NCBI RefSeq assembly: GCF_001194135.2
Contig: NC_068992.1
Span: forward strand, 26,291,071 to 26,355,070
Direction of reading: 5' to 3'
Length of the DNA stretch: 64,000 nucleotides
DNA from: Octopus bimaculoides
Taxonomy: Eukaryota
Part shown: positions 25,331 through 38,665 of the stretch, piece by piece
Numbering within the stretch: the stretch's first letter is position 1
How the letters are laid out: each line of letters starts with the position of its first letter
Translations under genes and position numbers: made by a program
Notes under the pieces: model-generated
What the model saw: only the letters and a program-made list of their open reading frames with translations
Told to the model about the DNA's origin: nothing
The model's database searches: none

Positions 25331-26479
25331 AGCTTTTAAACTAATGCCAACCTAAGTGATTGATATTCCAGACGTTAATGTGTATTGTAAATGAAATACG
25401 TTAATCCTACCATTTAATGTATGATCTATGTTCCTTTTTCATAAAATAGATTTTTATAAACAAAGAATACTTATACAAATTAGGTATAGCTATGATAATA
25501 TACAACGTGTGATATATTATATATATATATATATTTCCTTGCATGAGGTATTGTATTTGTTGCCCACGTCTAGCTCTGGTTTGAATGTCAAAGGTTTTCC
25601 AGTAGAAACCATATTGCTTTTTTCATTAAAAGTTATTCTAAGATATATTTCAGGGAAATTTGGGTGTTATTTTTCATTAATCAAGCTGGTTTTTAGAAAC
25701 TCTTTTGTTCCTTCTTTGCTTACAGAATAAGTCATAATTCTTACTCATTTGTGAAACCATAAATTGCATATGGGCTTAAGAATGTTTTCCTTTTTTTTTT
25801 CTTTTCTAAATTCTATTTTCCGTAGTTTTCAAAGAGAGTCCACTCTGTGCCGTCGTTGTACAGTCAGTTTCCTCCACCAAGTCTAGGTCTTGTATTACAA
25901 ACGATACAAATATTGCGTTCACCATTGGAAATTCATTGGAAATTCATTGGAAATTCCGACTCTCTCAGGTTTTGATTATGATGGAATTTCATTTGTCACG
26001 TGACTTTCTTTTTGGATCCTGATTGCATTTAACGATCATTATGTGACTGCAGGTGGGCAGTTATTGTGTTAAGTAGGTTTTGTGAGCGATGCGCATAACT
26101 TTTCGGGATGATTTGTTCTTGTGTGTGTGTAGAATATGGCATATTTAACACCTTAGTCAGAAATCTATTTTGAAATGGCTGAGTGTTGTTTGTTTAGTAC
26201 GGTCGTCATTTTAGCTGACGATGATTGTATAAGAAGTGTATTCTGTGTAGTGGATATATTGTTCGAACTGGGCTATTATATTGAATGTTTCTTGCGCAGG
26301 ATGTCACTTCTATTTTAAAGCATTGTATAATATCGGGAACCCTAATATGGTGTACATGTTTTTACGAAAGTGGGTCTAAAAGTTCATACTTCATAGACTA
26401 TGAAAGTGTCAAGCTAAAGCTATAAAATCTTGCGTGCATTACTTCCAAATCTTCCTTTTAATAACTGCGTTTGTTTTGC

Positions 26480-27270
26480 TTCAGGTAAACTGACACCTCA
26501 CTGTCAAAGAAGACTTCAAAAGTAATTAGTAGCAAACGTCTCTCGAAAATAGACAAAATTTGACATCGTGGTTTTATCACGTACCCTCCACCCTCAAAGA
26601 CATTCATGTTCATATAGTTGCTGTATTACGGAATGACGCTACAGCTTTTATCAACAGTGCAAAAGTGGGCAGCTTAATGTTGGTGAGAAAGGGAGGATGT
26701 TGAAGATGGCAAGTGTCTCTACGGCCACCGGGGAAAACATTTACGTTTGATGACAGGTGATTGACTATAAATCACATGACCATTTCTGTTAGCATACACC
26801 GTGAAAGAGTTGAGAATATTCTGCACAATACACTTGCAGCGACTAAGATTCCCACTCACTGTGTGGCACGTCTTCTGACACCTAATCAAAAGCGCACCAG
26901 GCTGGTAAGATCACAGGAAAATGTCACATTGTTTGAGATAGATCTGGCTGGTTTATTTGAACGTTTCCGAAGCCAGGATGAATGACAAAGAGACAATCCA
27001 TGGAGTGGAAACACTTAGAAGGCCAAGGTAATTTCTGTTGAAGGAGGGTGATGCCCTTAGTTTTCGACGATGAAAAAGGCTTTGTATTTACTGAGTATCT
27101 TCAAAAGGGCCATACATTCAATGGAAAGTGCTATGCCAAATTGTTGAGGCGCATACGAAAGGCTAGGAAGAACAAAATACCCAGGAAAACTGACGAAAGG
27201 GTTTTGTTTTATCAGGAAAATTCTCCAGCATACGGGGCTTTGCTTTCAATGTCCTTTAGTGATTGACATT
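26480..27270 (+). mobile_element. mariner (DD34D-type) transposase relic, 3' truncated
   Basis: STVQKWAA, CVARLLTPNQKRTR, VFDDEKGFVFTEYLQKGHTFNGKCYAKLL, FYQENSPAY. Confidence 0.9.
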
Positions 27271-27479
27271 ATGTATATCCCTGATTATGAACAGAGTAGT
27301 GAAAAAACATCATAATTAAGTGTTGAAGGGGATGCCTTGTGGTTTGAATAAATGTAAGCAAAGCAAAAGTTAAGGAAACTATTAGCCATTTTTCATATTT
27401 TCTAGGGGTACACAAATAGGAAATAACAGTTGCTACCCAACCAAAAACAAAAATGACAAACAACGGGCATAGTAAAATG

Positions 27480-27645
27480 TCTGTGGTCTGTGGTTAAAAC
27501 TTGGGACGACACGTACAAAACAAATTCTGCCGAGGTCGACCTTGCTTTCTTCTTATCAGTCAATAATATAAGTTGTGGTTGTGCACAGGAGTGGATATAA
27601 ACAGTCCCATCCTGTGAAATTCTAGGCCTTATTCCAATAATTGAA
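27480..27645 (+). mobile_element. SINE family A, very degenerate
   Basis: caaattctgccgaggtcgaccttgctttc core. Confidence 0.55.
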
Positions 27646-27671
27646 AGAACTTTAAATATTATTATTAGTAT

Positions 27672-27731
<60 letters not shown>

Positions 27732-27748
27732 TAGTAGTAGTAGTAGTA
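27672..27748. repeat. (TAG)n microsatellite
   Basis: Directly visible. Confidence 0.97.
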
Positions 27749-28535
27749 CCAAAACCAGCAGCAGCAGCTATTCGCTTATTGCTGCTCTTTTATGTGTGCA
27801 TCGATTCAGCTACAGAAAACATAAAAAAACTCATATATTCCATTACACTGGACAAGTTATACAGAAGAAGAAAAAAAATCTGTTTTTTCAAGTTATTAAA
27901 TAAAAAAAATAAAAACAATGTAAATTACAAAATAAAATACAACACGAAGAAAAGAAGAGCAACATTCTTTCTCATTCCAAGAAAGTAAAGTAAAATAAAA
28001 ATAAAAAAATAGCTCAAGTAAGGAAAACTTATTAAAACAATAGAATACATGCAATATGTTGAAGCAGAATATAAGAAAGAAAAATATGTAACTTTCGCTA
28101 TACATATACACACACACGCGCAAACACACAAATACACACAGACACACATTTGTGTATATATATATATATATATATNNNNNNNNNNNNNNNNNNNNNNNNN
28201 NNNNNNNNNNNNNNNNNNNNNNNNNNNNNNNNNNNNNNNNNNNNNNNNNNNNNNNNNNNNNNNNNNNNNNNNNNNNNNNNNNNNNNNNNNNNNNNNNNNN
28301 NNNNNNNNNNNNNNNNNNNNNNNNNNNNNNNNNNNNNNNNNNNNNNNNNNNNNNNNNNNNNNNNNNNNNNNNNNNNNNNNNNNNNNNNNNNNNNNNNNNN
28401 NNNNNNNNNNNNNNNNNNNNNNNNNNNNNNNNNNNNNNNNNNNNNNNNNNNNNNNNNNNNNNNNNNNNNNNNNNNNNNNNNNNNNNNNNNNNNNNNNNNN
28501 NNNNNNNNNNNNNNNNNNNNNNNNNNNNNNNNNNN

Positions 28536-28571
<36 letters not shown>

Positions 28572-28941
28572 ATAACATTTGCTTAAGCATATAGCATTTC
28601 TTGAAAGTCTTCTAAAGTTTCCCATCGACTGTAAATAATGGCAACGTCAACGATCTGCACATTCAGACACCATTAGCAGCGCTACATGGAACTGTCCTCA
28701 GTGCAAATGTTTGGACAGGCAGTATAATGCACACAGATAGCTAACATTCTTCGTTATCAATGCGATGTAATTTCCGTTGGTTTGCTTGCATTCATGAACT
28801 GTTTATCGATTACAGATGAATTCATCGTAAAGTTTGTACGGACGAAGAGAGTTTTGACAAACATACTTTTACACGAAAAGGAGAAATGGACTTATTGCTG
28901 ATCTCTTTTTCAATATTCAATTTTGGCATACAGTTGATATC

Positions 28942-28982
<41 letters not shown>

Positions 28983-29010
28983 TATTATTACTATAAATAA
29001 TAATGGTGAT

Positions 29011-29225
29011 GATTTCAAATTTTGGCACAAGTCCAGCAGTTTAGGGGGAGGTGGTAAGTCGTTTACATCGATCTCAGCGGTCAACTAGTATTCATTTCAT
29101 AGACACTCTAGAGGATGAAAGGCAAGGTCGACCTCGGTGGAATTTGAACTCAGAACGCAAAGACAGATGAAAGGCAGCCAAATATTTTGCACGATGTGCT
29201 AACGATTCTGCCAGCTTGCTGCCTA
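29011..29225 (-). mobile_element. SINE family A
   Basis: ggatgaaaggcaaggtcgacctcggtggaatttgaactcagaacg...gctaacgattctgccagcttgctgcct. Confidence 0.9.
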
Positions 29226-29235
29226 ATAATAATAA

Positions 29236-30200
29236 AGGAACTTCGAAGGGGATTAATATCAGTAGAAGACTGCGTGGAGTGAGTTAGAGTAGCTATAGCC
29301 TCCTATATAAGTAATAGTGAAGAAAGCTTATTAAGAGCTACTAGAATCAAAGTATGACATAAGGAAACCGAAAAGACAAATGAAGTTACAAGCTAGAAAA
29401 AAAGAAGAAAGATTATTTGATTGGCAAGTAAAGGCTGTGCATGGTAGATTCTCAAAGATAATTACAGGAAATATGGTTATGGTTGCAAAACAGAAGGCTG
29501 AAAAGGAAGACAGAAAGTTTATTAGTAGTAGCACAATATCAGCCATTAAGGTCTAATTGGATAAAAGCCAAGATAGACAGAAAAAAAACTAAGTGGATTC
29601 CTAATGTAGGTTATGCAAGTCAAAAGAGGAAAGTGTTACTTATATAGTAAGTGAATTTAGCATGCTGGCAGAGAAAAAAACAAGAAAAGACATGACAACC
29701 TAGTGAGAATGATCCACTGGGCGTTATATAGGAAGCTAGGATTTGACCATAATGATAAATGGTATGAACATGAACTTAGTAAAGTACGAGAAAGTAAGAA
29801 ATATAAGAAGTTGTGAGACTTTAACTTGGGACAGTGTAATAGGAGCTAGAAGACTTGCTTTAGTAGTAGTAGACAAAGAGAATAGAAAGTGTCAGATATT
29901 TGATATTTTGATGTCAATATGAGAAGTAAAGAGAAAATAACAAAGTATCAGGATCTAAACATTGTGTTACAGAGACTATGGAAAGTTCGAGAAAAAAGTA
30001 TCCCTGTAGTTATAGGTGCATTAGGAACTACTCCTAAAGATTTGAATAAATATATAGAAGAAATAGGCACAAAACCCAGTATAGTACAGTCCCAGAAAAC
30101 AGTGTTACTAGGGACAGCTAGAATAGTTAGGAGAATTCTTAACATCTACGGTTACTTGTAGCCCGGTGTCAGGAAACTTTCTTTTCCAACAGCCTAATCT
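29236..30200 (+). mobile_element. R4/Dong-like non-LTR retrotransposon 3' fragment (RT end, CCHC knuckle, restriction-like endonuclease)
   Basis: GLISVEDCVE, WQVKAVHGRF, CRLC-like knuckle, RHDNLVRMIHW, KITKYQDLNIVLQRLWKV...PVVIGALG...QKTVLLGTARIVRRIL. Confidence 0.9.
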
Positions 30201-30219
30201 GTTGTGCGCATATCAAATA

Positions 30220-30245
30220 ACAATAACAACAACAACAACAACAGC

Positions 30246-30284
<39 letters not shown>

Positions 30285-30287
30285 AAA

Positions 30288-30320
<33 letters not shown>
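30220..30320. repeat. (AAC)n(AAT)n microsatellite
   Basis: Directly visible. Confidence 0.97.
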
Positions 30321-30321
<1 letters not shown>

Positions 30322-30492
30322 TGGATCAAATAGGGGCTGCAATAAGGGTGAAGCACTTGTAGAAAACAGCATTGTTGGAACCGCTCGAATCCTCCGGAAG
30401 GTGCTCGAAAAATAAGGGGTGTTACCTTAGTTCTCTGGTAGTGAAGAGCTGACACTGTAGTACATCCTCAGCATTATAAGCTGTGCAAAGTC

Positions 30493-30497
<5 letters not shown>
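30322..30497 (+). mobile_element. Heavily 5'-truncated R4/Dong-like LINE 3' end inside (TAA)n
   Basis: Encodes IRVKHL*KTALLEPLESSGRCS, read across a frameshift as ...GTARILRKVLEK*, then a 3' UTR; (AAT)n directly on both sides. Confidence 0.85.
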
Positions 30498-30553
<56 letters not shown>

Positions 30554-30563
30554 GTGATGATGG

Positions 30564-30594
<31 letters not shown>

Positions 30595-30714
30595 AGACCT
30601 TTCATCACAAGGAACAAGTGGGATTTGGCCCAAGAATTCGTGTACCCTATATAACAATAAGACAAAAAGAATTAACAATAAAAATTTAGCAATGAAAATC
30701 CTCATAAGGCGGTG

Positions 30715-31330
30715 TGTTCAACCCAAGGGCAACCAAAGAACACCACACGTTCTGATCATCCCGACCACCAAACGCACATCAGGCATGAAACTCTGCTTCT
30801 GAATCCCTCCAACATCCAAGTGTATATTTACATTTAGTCCATTGACATGGGCCACGTTCCCGAAGTTCACCCACCTCTCAGAAAAAATACTGAGATGCAG
30901 TAATTCCCTTGGGTGGTCACATCCATAGATAGTAATCTGAGGCCATTGAGCGGGTGACCTTGCTTCTAGGGGGACACTAAGCCATGAACATTTATACAAC
31001 CTAATTTTAAACCCGCCATAATGACCGGAAAGAGACTGGAGGAGAAACAAAGGGGTCTACTTACATAACGGGTGCCGGTGGCGGTCACGTGGTTCAACAT
31101 CCATAAATTTTGGGATCGGTTGGCTGATCTTTTCCCTCAGAACTTTTGGTTCGGGGTCAATGGATATTTTCCAGAAATCCCGAAATTTTATTTGGGAACT
31201 CTCTTAAAAAGCTACTCCTGGCTTTTAGACTAGGGATTCCTACGTCGTAAACGAAGCTCTCCCTAATGATTTTATATGTTCTCAAAGGCATCCGCACCAT
31301 CATTATTGTTTCTGGTACTTGAACGGAGCT
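30715..31330 (-). mobile_element. APE-type LINE (L1/Tx1-like) fragment: ORF1 end and ORF2 start
   Basis: MAGLKLGCINVHGLVSP*KQGHPLNGLRLLSMDV (ATG near 31019) is an apurinic-endonuclease N-terminus; upstream GC-richer segment assigned to ORF1 by position only. Confidence 0.65.
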
Positions 31331-31849
31331 ATTATTGAAGATCACTCTCTCTCTCTCTCTCTCTCTCTCGATGTCCCTCCTACACGCTATAAGAGCCATC
31401 AATTCTTTGTTGGCCCTCCTCACAAGCACTACATTTTGTGTTTGTGTGTTCGGTTGTTGCTGCTAGGGTGTTTGCTTCGTTGGCTGTTGCAATTGTAGTG
31501 TTGATAAAACTGGTTGCGATTGCGATATATATGTTGACGGAGATTAATCCCAACCAAACGACAATATATTCGTTTATCTTATAACCACTTTTCGTTGTGA
31601 CATAATCTGTTATTAAATCCTCAAAATTCCATCAAACTTCTGCGGTGATGATACTGAAGAATGAAGTCAAATGAATCGGTGGCCACGTTGCAGACGTAGA
31701 AGGAAACACTTTTTTACTACATTAGCTGCTATACCCATGCATTAAAAAGAAAAGTGAATATAACATGTTTGTATGTTCACAAACAACAAATATAAAAATT
31801 CCATGACATAAATATTTAAGATTCGATATTCGGTCCCAGTTCAAAACAT

Positions 31850-33250
31850 TTGCCAAACAAGTACGAATCTGTTAACCATTTTTAATTACTTAAAATATTA
31901 ATATTTGTAATATTTTACCATGTATGAATCAACGCAATATTTGAGAGGGCAAAAAATTTGAAAACTGTCACGAATATGTTTGAATCACAATAATTTTCTA
32001 TTGTGCAATGAAAAACCAAAATATAAAATTGCATTGGTTGGTGTGAATTCAGTAAACGTCGTTATACAATAAAGCATCAGTAAAGATTTTTACGATGATT
32101 TTAATGGATATTTCTGTTATTGAATAATAATGTCACTGTTTACATTGGAACGCATTTTTCTTAATTATACCCTGATATAAATAAAAATTCTTTAATATAT
32201 TGCTTCAGTATTCCTCATAAAGTATATATAGATCTGACACATCTGCGATAAATATTGGAAAGAGTTTTATGGTTTCTTCGCAATATTTTGGAATCTTATC
32301 TATTCTTCTTCTATCGCGTTTCACAACGTAAACACTCACGTTAAATATTCTGTGAGACATTACAACAGCTAATATAGGTGTAAAGAAGTATTTTACAATT
32401 ATCTAATATACATTTCGACAAATTATGTTTTGCAGCATTAAATCTTAAAGAAAATCCAAGAGAATTATGTTCTTTTAGCATAAAATAGAGGCTTAGCGAC
32501 TAAGTGGTTTTGAATATTTGAAAAATACTGTATTAGTATTGGACTTGGGAATTATACAGATACATAGAAGCAACATATGAGATAGTATGATGCAAATTTG
32601 CATCTGGAAAATTCTTAACATATATCAAACCCAAATATGAGGAGCTTTTAATAAAAAAAAATTACTTCGATAAAATTACCTCAGCGAGAGTCATTGCCGC
32701 ATTTAAAATACAAACTTCATTAAACAAATTCAATTCTTAATTTATAAACATATCAAAAATCAACATGTTTCATTGCTCATTCAACGCCAGTATTACATCA
32801 AATTTAGCTGTTTTTCAATATCTACTTTCTATTTATTGAAAAGGAATTGACGTATTCAAAGTTCATTATTTACATTCTTTCATGATAATATTATATATCG
32901 TTAATTTGTCTGTCGGAAATCGAGAGAACTTCGCTCTTAAAGCGACGATTTAATGAGCATTTGGCGAAATATTCGTTTGAAGAACTTTTCTTCAATTTCA
33001 AAATATCGCGTTACATCTCTACTTTTCTTTGTTCTTATGAGTTTAAAATTTTCTAACACAATTCGAACGCTAGGTAAATCTGGTAACTTCCACCTCGAAC
33101 CAAATAATACTAATGCAGCCGAAAACTTCAAAACTAACGGAAGATTTATAAGTTGTAGATCTGCTGCATACAACGGAAAATTTTCTCAAATTGGTCACTT
33201 CCTGAGAAGTGAGCACATTGTTCTCTTAATCGATTTAACAAAGCGTTGGT
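31850..33250 (+). pseudogene. Multi-LRR remnant
   Basis: Same-strand motifs IFERAKNLKTV, LERIFLNYTLI, LNLKENP, GFEYLKNTVLVLDLG, and a gapless 24-mer NQIILMQPKTSKLTEDL*VVDLLH (about 33098-33170). Confidence 0.4.
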
Positions 33251-33589
33251 AGCGGAAGATAAGTGGGCTAATCCGGTCATCTGGAACAGTTATAATGCAA
33301 TTCAACACCTTAAAAGACAGAAACATCCTTTCCCACATTGTTAATTCCTCTTTATATCCGTGTCATTTAGTGTGAAGAATGTCAAAATATAATGATATTT
33401 CCTTATAGATATTTACGTTCTAGCATGACCTACGCCAAAGCAACAGACATTGATAATAAACTGCCTTGCTTCAGTATCAGATAAACGAAATCATTGAATG
33501 ATATTATTAAAGTAAGTCATATATATTAGATTAATAATAGCTATTAAATTCTGCTCGCAAATACTTCATTTAGAGATGTCTTTGAATCT

Positions 33590-33643
<54 letters not shown>

Positions 33644-33644
33644 A

Positions 33645-33689
<45 letters not shown>

Positions 33690-33690
33690 C

Positions 33691-33728
<38 letters not shown>
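33590..33728. repeat. Compound (TCTA)/(CT)/(TA)/(TG) microsatellite
   Basis: Directly visible. Confidence 0.96.
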
Positions 33729-33731
<3 letters not shown>

Positions 33732-35287
33732 ATGTTCCAAAAATCTGCCACAAACAATATAAAATTCGTAGCTAATTCCTCGTAAGAATTAGCGACACTA
33801 TGCACAAAGGAATGGTCAGTCTATCCACATAGAAAGAACCGTGGCATTCTACCCTCAACTATACCATGTGATATTCCCCCTTCTGGAAGGTGAATGAGGC
33901 CTGCCATTTTGTGTATAGTGACTGGTTTAATGTAGAGTCACAGCTCAACACTAATTTCAGATTAAACTTCACGACGCATCTGGTTTAACTCCAATAGACT
34001 GTAACTGCCTACCAACACGTGAGCCGCTAAAGTACAGTGTATCGCCGGAAAGGTTAATATTAATAAATGATCTTTAAAAGATCATAAAAGTACCGCACTT
34101 TTAACGATGTCAGTGTTCACATTTTGTTGCACCAGCGGCGACGAGCCACTGGGAAGTGCTAGCGAACGTGCAAGACAAACACGAAAAGAAACACGACAGA
34201 ATCTGGATATGCAGACAAAAGATAAAACATGTACAACGAAGAAAGTTTGTGCAGCCGCAAGATGAACGAATGTAGAGTAACGGAAAGAAAAAATGTACGG
34301 TAGAACTGGACAGCTGGAAAGTCACAACGAGAGAAGCTAAGAAAACAAACCGTGTAAAATAAAGCGGAGGATCAGAGAGGAGCGTGATTGATCGAGTCAA
34401 AGGGAAGGCGGAAAGGGAAATGAACGAAAGAGATGTGAATGGTCAGAGAGGAAGGAGAAAAGAGAGGCGGAGGAAGGCAAGCGAGAGACAAAGAAAGACG
34501 GAAGACAAAGAAATAGACATCGCACAATAGTATCCAACTGAATATTCTACACAACGAGTAAAAGTGCGTAGAGTTACATTGAATGATGTTCCAAAAATTT
34601 AACAGAAACGTAACAGGTTATGGAAATAATATAATCCTATACTTCATGCGATGCATAAAAATGGCTTGATCTCATGAGCTTATAAAGTGGGCATAAATAT
34701 TTTGGTTATGAATTTTGAAGCAAATTACTGAAGAAATATATTATGCAAACGATGTTCAATGTATGTAAGAAGACTGAAGTAGTTATAATGCTATCAATAT
34801 CATGCATAGAATAACATGGTTATGTAGAAAATTAAATCGAAAAAATGAATTGGAATACATTGTTACGAAGATATTGAAATATCATGGAAGAAATTCGAAC
34901 AAATGGTAATTCTGAAATTTAGTATGCATATCATCAGATTCTCTGAATAAATATCAGTGACATTTATCATATCAATATTTTAAAAATAACTAGCAACAAC
35001 AAAATTTACAGACGGAATAAATACTTGAGTCATATATATGAAAAAAAAAGTGAGCGTCTTTCTATTTATTCCTGGTGCATTGGATCAGACCAAGAAGCCA
35101 CCAGCAATGACGCGAAGTGCTTTAAACATTTCCAAAAATATTTCCTTGTGTGAACCTGACGTACACTTTAAAAACACATTACTTTATCGTTAACATTAGT
35201 ATTCTTACTTCATAGGATGAGAAATGGAAAAATAGCGGCAAGAAAGGTCGCTGAATTGCAGCTACACAGCTGGAGATGATAACAATA

Positions 35288-35510
35288 TACGAGGGGTGCT
35301 AAAGAGCTCCTGGTTTTAAGGGTGTTGTGAAAGGCCTGGCTGGAGACCCAACCATCCGATTTTTTTTTTTATACGGCTTAAAATATCTGACCGAGCGCTG
35401 CAAAAAATGTGTGAATCTTAGAGAGTAATATGTTGAATAAAATCATAATTAACTGATCTGCCTGTATTTTCTTTTAACTAAAGTCAGGAACTTTTCAGCA
35501 CCCACTCGTA
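35288..35510 (+). mobile_element. mariner-derived MITE (TA-flanked)
   Basis: TIRs tacgaggggtgctaaagagctcctgg and tcaggaacttttcagcacccactcgta; same family as 46523-46741. Confidence 0.88.
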
Positions 35511-35930
35511 CATGATCACAATAGAAATTTGTCATTTTCAGGAATAATTTTCAGATAACGTGTTTATAATGTGCCAGCTGTTACTCCTCGTCTTCTATAA
35601 AAAATATGAGGGCAAGCGTGAGACCGTTACCGATATTTTCGTTTGACGGAATTGTTCGAACTGAACAGTATGTCAATGCGCTAATTAGATTGAAATACAT
35701 ACATTCAGAATTCAGATCTCACCAACGTAAACACAACCTTTCATATATCCACTGTCGAAAAACCAATATACTGATATTGGTGTATCTGACCATGCCACGG
35801 ATCAATATACGAGATCCTCGGACCTAATGAATTACCCATATTTCAAGGTAAGAAACACTAAAAACCTTTGTCAACTCTTGAGAACAAACATTTTCGAATA
35901 CAGTTCGATTCCAGGCAGTGACCTATATAA

Positions 35931-35945
35931 TAATAATAATGATAC

Positions 35946-36016
<71 letters not shown>
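35931..36016. repeat. (AAT)n microsatellite
   Basis: Directly visible. Confidence 0.97.
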
Positions 36017-36017
<1 letters not shown>

Positions 36018-36066
36018 TATCGAAAAATACCTTAGGAATGAGAACTCAGGTTTGAAATTTCCCCAA

Positions 36067-36112
36067 GACACCTGATGAAGGCTGGTGGGTATATCAGCCG
36101 AAAATTTGTGTT
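36067..36112 (+). ncRNA. Minimal type I hammerhead ribozyme motif in a Penelope-type short repeat (about 36017-36170)
   Basis: Stem I GACAC/GUGUU; CUGAUGA core plus extra A; stem II GGCUG/CAGCC; GAAA; loopless palindromic stem III (AAUU); cleavage triplet UUU. Confidence 0.7.
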
Positions 36113-36199
36113 AACAACAAACAAGATGAGGCCAAATATCCGTCAAATGGAAATATTGTAAATAATGAAACATTTTCTATTCTTATGGGCAACAAGAAT

Positions 36200-37335
36200 G
36201 AACTTCCATATTTACATTTCATTAAATTTACTGCTGCATCATTCCTAACAGATCAAAGCGTGTCAAAATGGGTCTGAATACTGAGCTGAAGTCCCAAAAT
36301 AGTATTGCAGCTATAAGCTCCCTGTCGATTCCAGCTGTCTCGCTTAACTTTAATGCCATCATCAGTTGGAATTTGAGTGACCTTCATCATATGGGCATAA
36401 AGACCAGAAAACTGCTGACATTAAACAGGACGCATCATGGAAAACCGGATGTCCATAGGCACGATCTACTACGAAAAGAGGGTGTCAGATGCCTAATCTA
36501 ACTTGAGACGCCCTATAAAACGATCACGATAGCATATCGAAGTGTACATTCAACGCAGACCGGATTGTAAGGGTCTGAATAAACGAACTGGTATGATAAC
36601 ACGAACAGGGTAGACAAAATGCACTTAATGTCAAAGGGGCACGTAAATACAAACGAAAGCGTAACGTTCCTAATTATGATGATGATAGTGAGAGCAAAAC
36701 ACCTACAAAGCAAAATTTTAAGACAAAGGCAAAGCAGGAACTCTTGAAGGAAATATCGAAAATGAAGCAAAAAACTGTTTCAGACAATATGGTTGACACA
36801 TTGTGTAAACTCTATGACGACAAGCTTGAGAGTCGCTCCTAAACAATATAAAACAAGGCATGATCGAGTTAGCCAATACTTGCACTAGTCAATAAGCCTC
36901 CACAATGATATGCCACCCCCTAAGTAATGGTATGATTATCATCCATAGCCAGTCACCGAGGGAGAGAATGTTACCATCCTATGGGATTACGGGATACATA
37001 CAGACAGGCAAATAAATACAAATAGCCACACATTGTCATCAAAGATACAACACAAAAAAAATGCTCGTTAATGCATATGATGGTGCCTACTGATAGGAAC
37101 ATCTCAGCAAAAGCATTAGAAAACTACCGTAATACAACGATTCTGAGACTGAGATATCTAGTATGTCACAATTAAAAATCAAAACAGTCCCTCTTGTTGT
37201 GTGCGTCTGGGAATGTCAAGACAGGTACCGACAAATATTTCACCAGATCCCAGAGAAATTGATAATCTACGGGGTTCACAATGATGTGATGACATCAACT
37301 GCTCACCTACTATAAGACGTTTGTTTCCTTCTAAT
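36200..37335 (+). mobile_element. R4/Dong-like LINE fragment, degenerate
   Basis: IKTRKLLTLNRTHHGKPDVHR..LLRKEGVRCLI, RHDRVSQYLH, endonuclease region (PHIVIKD...VPTDRNISAK); followed by (AAT)n. Confidence 0.85.
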
Positions 37336-37413
37336 ATATACGTCATTTAGGTCTCTGGATAAGGCCCGACAGGAAGACGGAATGAAATGGGAATCAAACG
37401 AAAAATATAAAGG

Positions 37414-37727
<314 letters not shown>

Positions 37728-37734
37728 AACAGGA

Positions 37735-38200
37735 AATGTCACATAAAATGAGAAAGCAACCATACTATGGGATATGCCAATACACACAGATACGGAAATT
37801 AAGGCCAATAGGCCAGATATAGTTGTCAGAGATCATGAAGGAAAAAAATGCTTTCTAATTGATGTATCAATACCAATAGATGACAACGTTTCTCTCAAAG
37901 AAATGGAGAAACTTTCAAAATACAAAGACGTGGAAATAGAGGTAACTCGAATATGGAGTCTAAAAACAGAAACAATTCCTATCATAATGGGTGCATTAGG
38001 TATGATGAAAAGAGTATTGAGGTAAATACATAACCAAAACACCATGACTAACAAATATATATAACATACAGAAAATAGCACTACTAAGCACTGTACACAT
38101 GCTAGGCAAAACACTGTCAATACAGTAACCATAAGAGCATCACAGCAAACCACAGCACATACCCAAAGTTACACAGAGCTGTGCTCGGTAGTGCAATGAA
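37735..38200 (+). mobile_element. R4/Dong-like LINE 3' end (restriction-like endonuclease)
   Basis: ORF 37774-38025: KANRPDIVVRD...FLIDVSIP.DDNVSLKEMEKLSKYKD...PIIMGALG (PD..D..K endonuclease). Confidence 0.92.
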
Positions 38201-38204
38201 GACA

Positions 38205-38503
38205 ACGTCCGTGTTTCCGCGATCCTGGTCTTACAGATCCTGGTCCCTTGGTGGCTGACGATATGTACATCTCTGATCACGAGCAGGGCTACTCGACCTG
38301 AAGAAAATTCTAACTGGGTCCCAACTGCAAGGTCATGCGGTGTTTATCTTGATATGAGATCACCATGTCACGCATATATGGTTGTGATGCATTTGCCTGG
38401 TGTACCCTTATCACATGGGTAGTCATGATGGGTATACTGGGCTTCGTATATTTTCCTCCAGAGTCACTTTCATGGCATGCACTGCTCTCGCACTCAATAA
38501 CAT
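38205..38503 (+). mobile_element. Interspersed repeat 3' end (unclassified retroposon) ending in (TAG)n
   Basis: GC-richer block gctactcgacctgaagaaaattctaactggg...gcactgctctcgcactcaataa, recalled as a common octopus repeat; single copy here. Confidence 0.5.
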
Positions 38504-38517
38504 TAGTAGTAGTAGTG

Positions 38518-38569
<52 letters not shown>

Positions 38570-38621
38570 ATAACTGGTAATCAACGACGACGAAGTTATA
38601 GAGGATAATGTTAAATGAGTT

Positions 38622-38665
<44 letters not shown>

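Noticed and set aside
25923-25956. cattggaaatt x3
   Set aside because: Simple slippage minisatellite with no spacers; not CRISPR-like
33790-34050. GC-richer block with a possible tRNA-like head on the minus strand
   Set aside because: A/B boxes too degenerate and no second copy in the window
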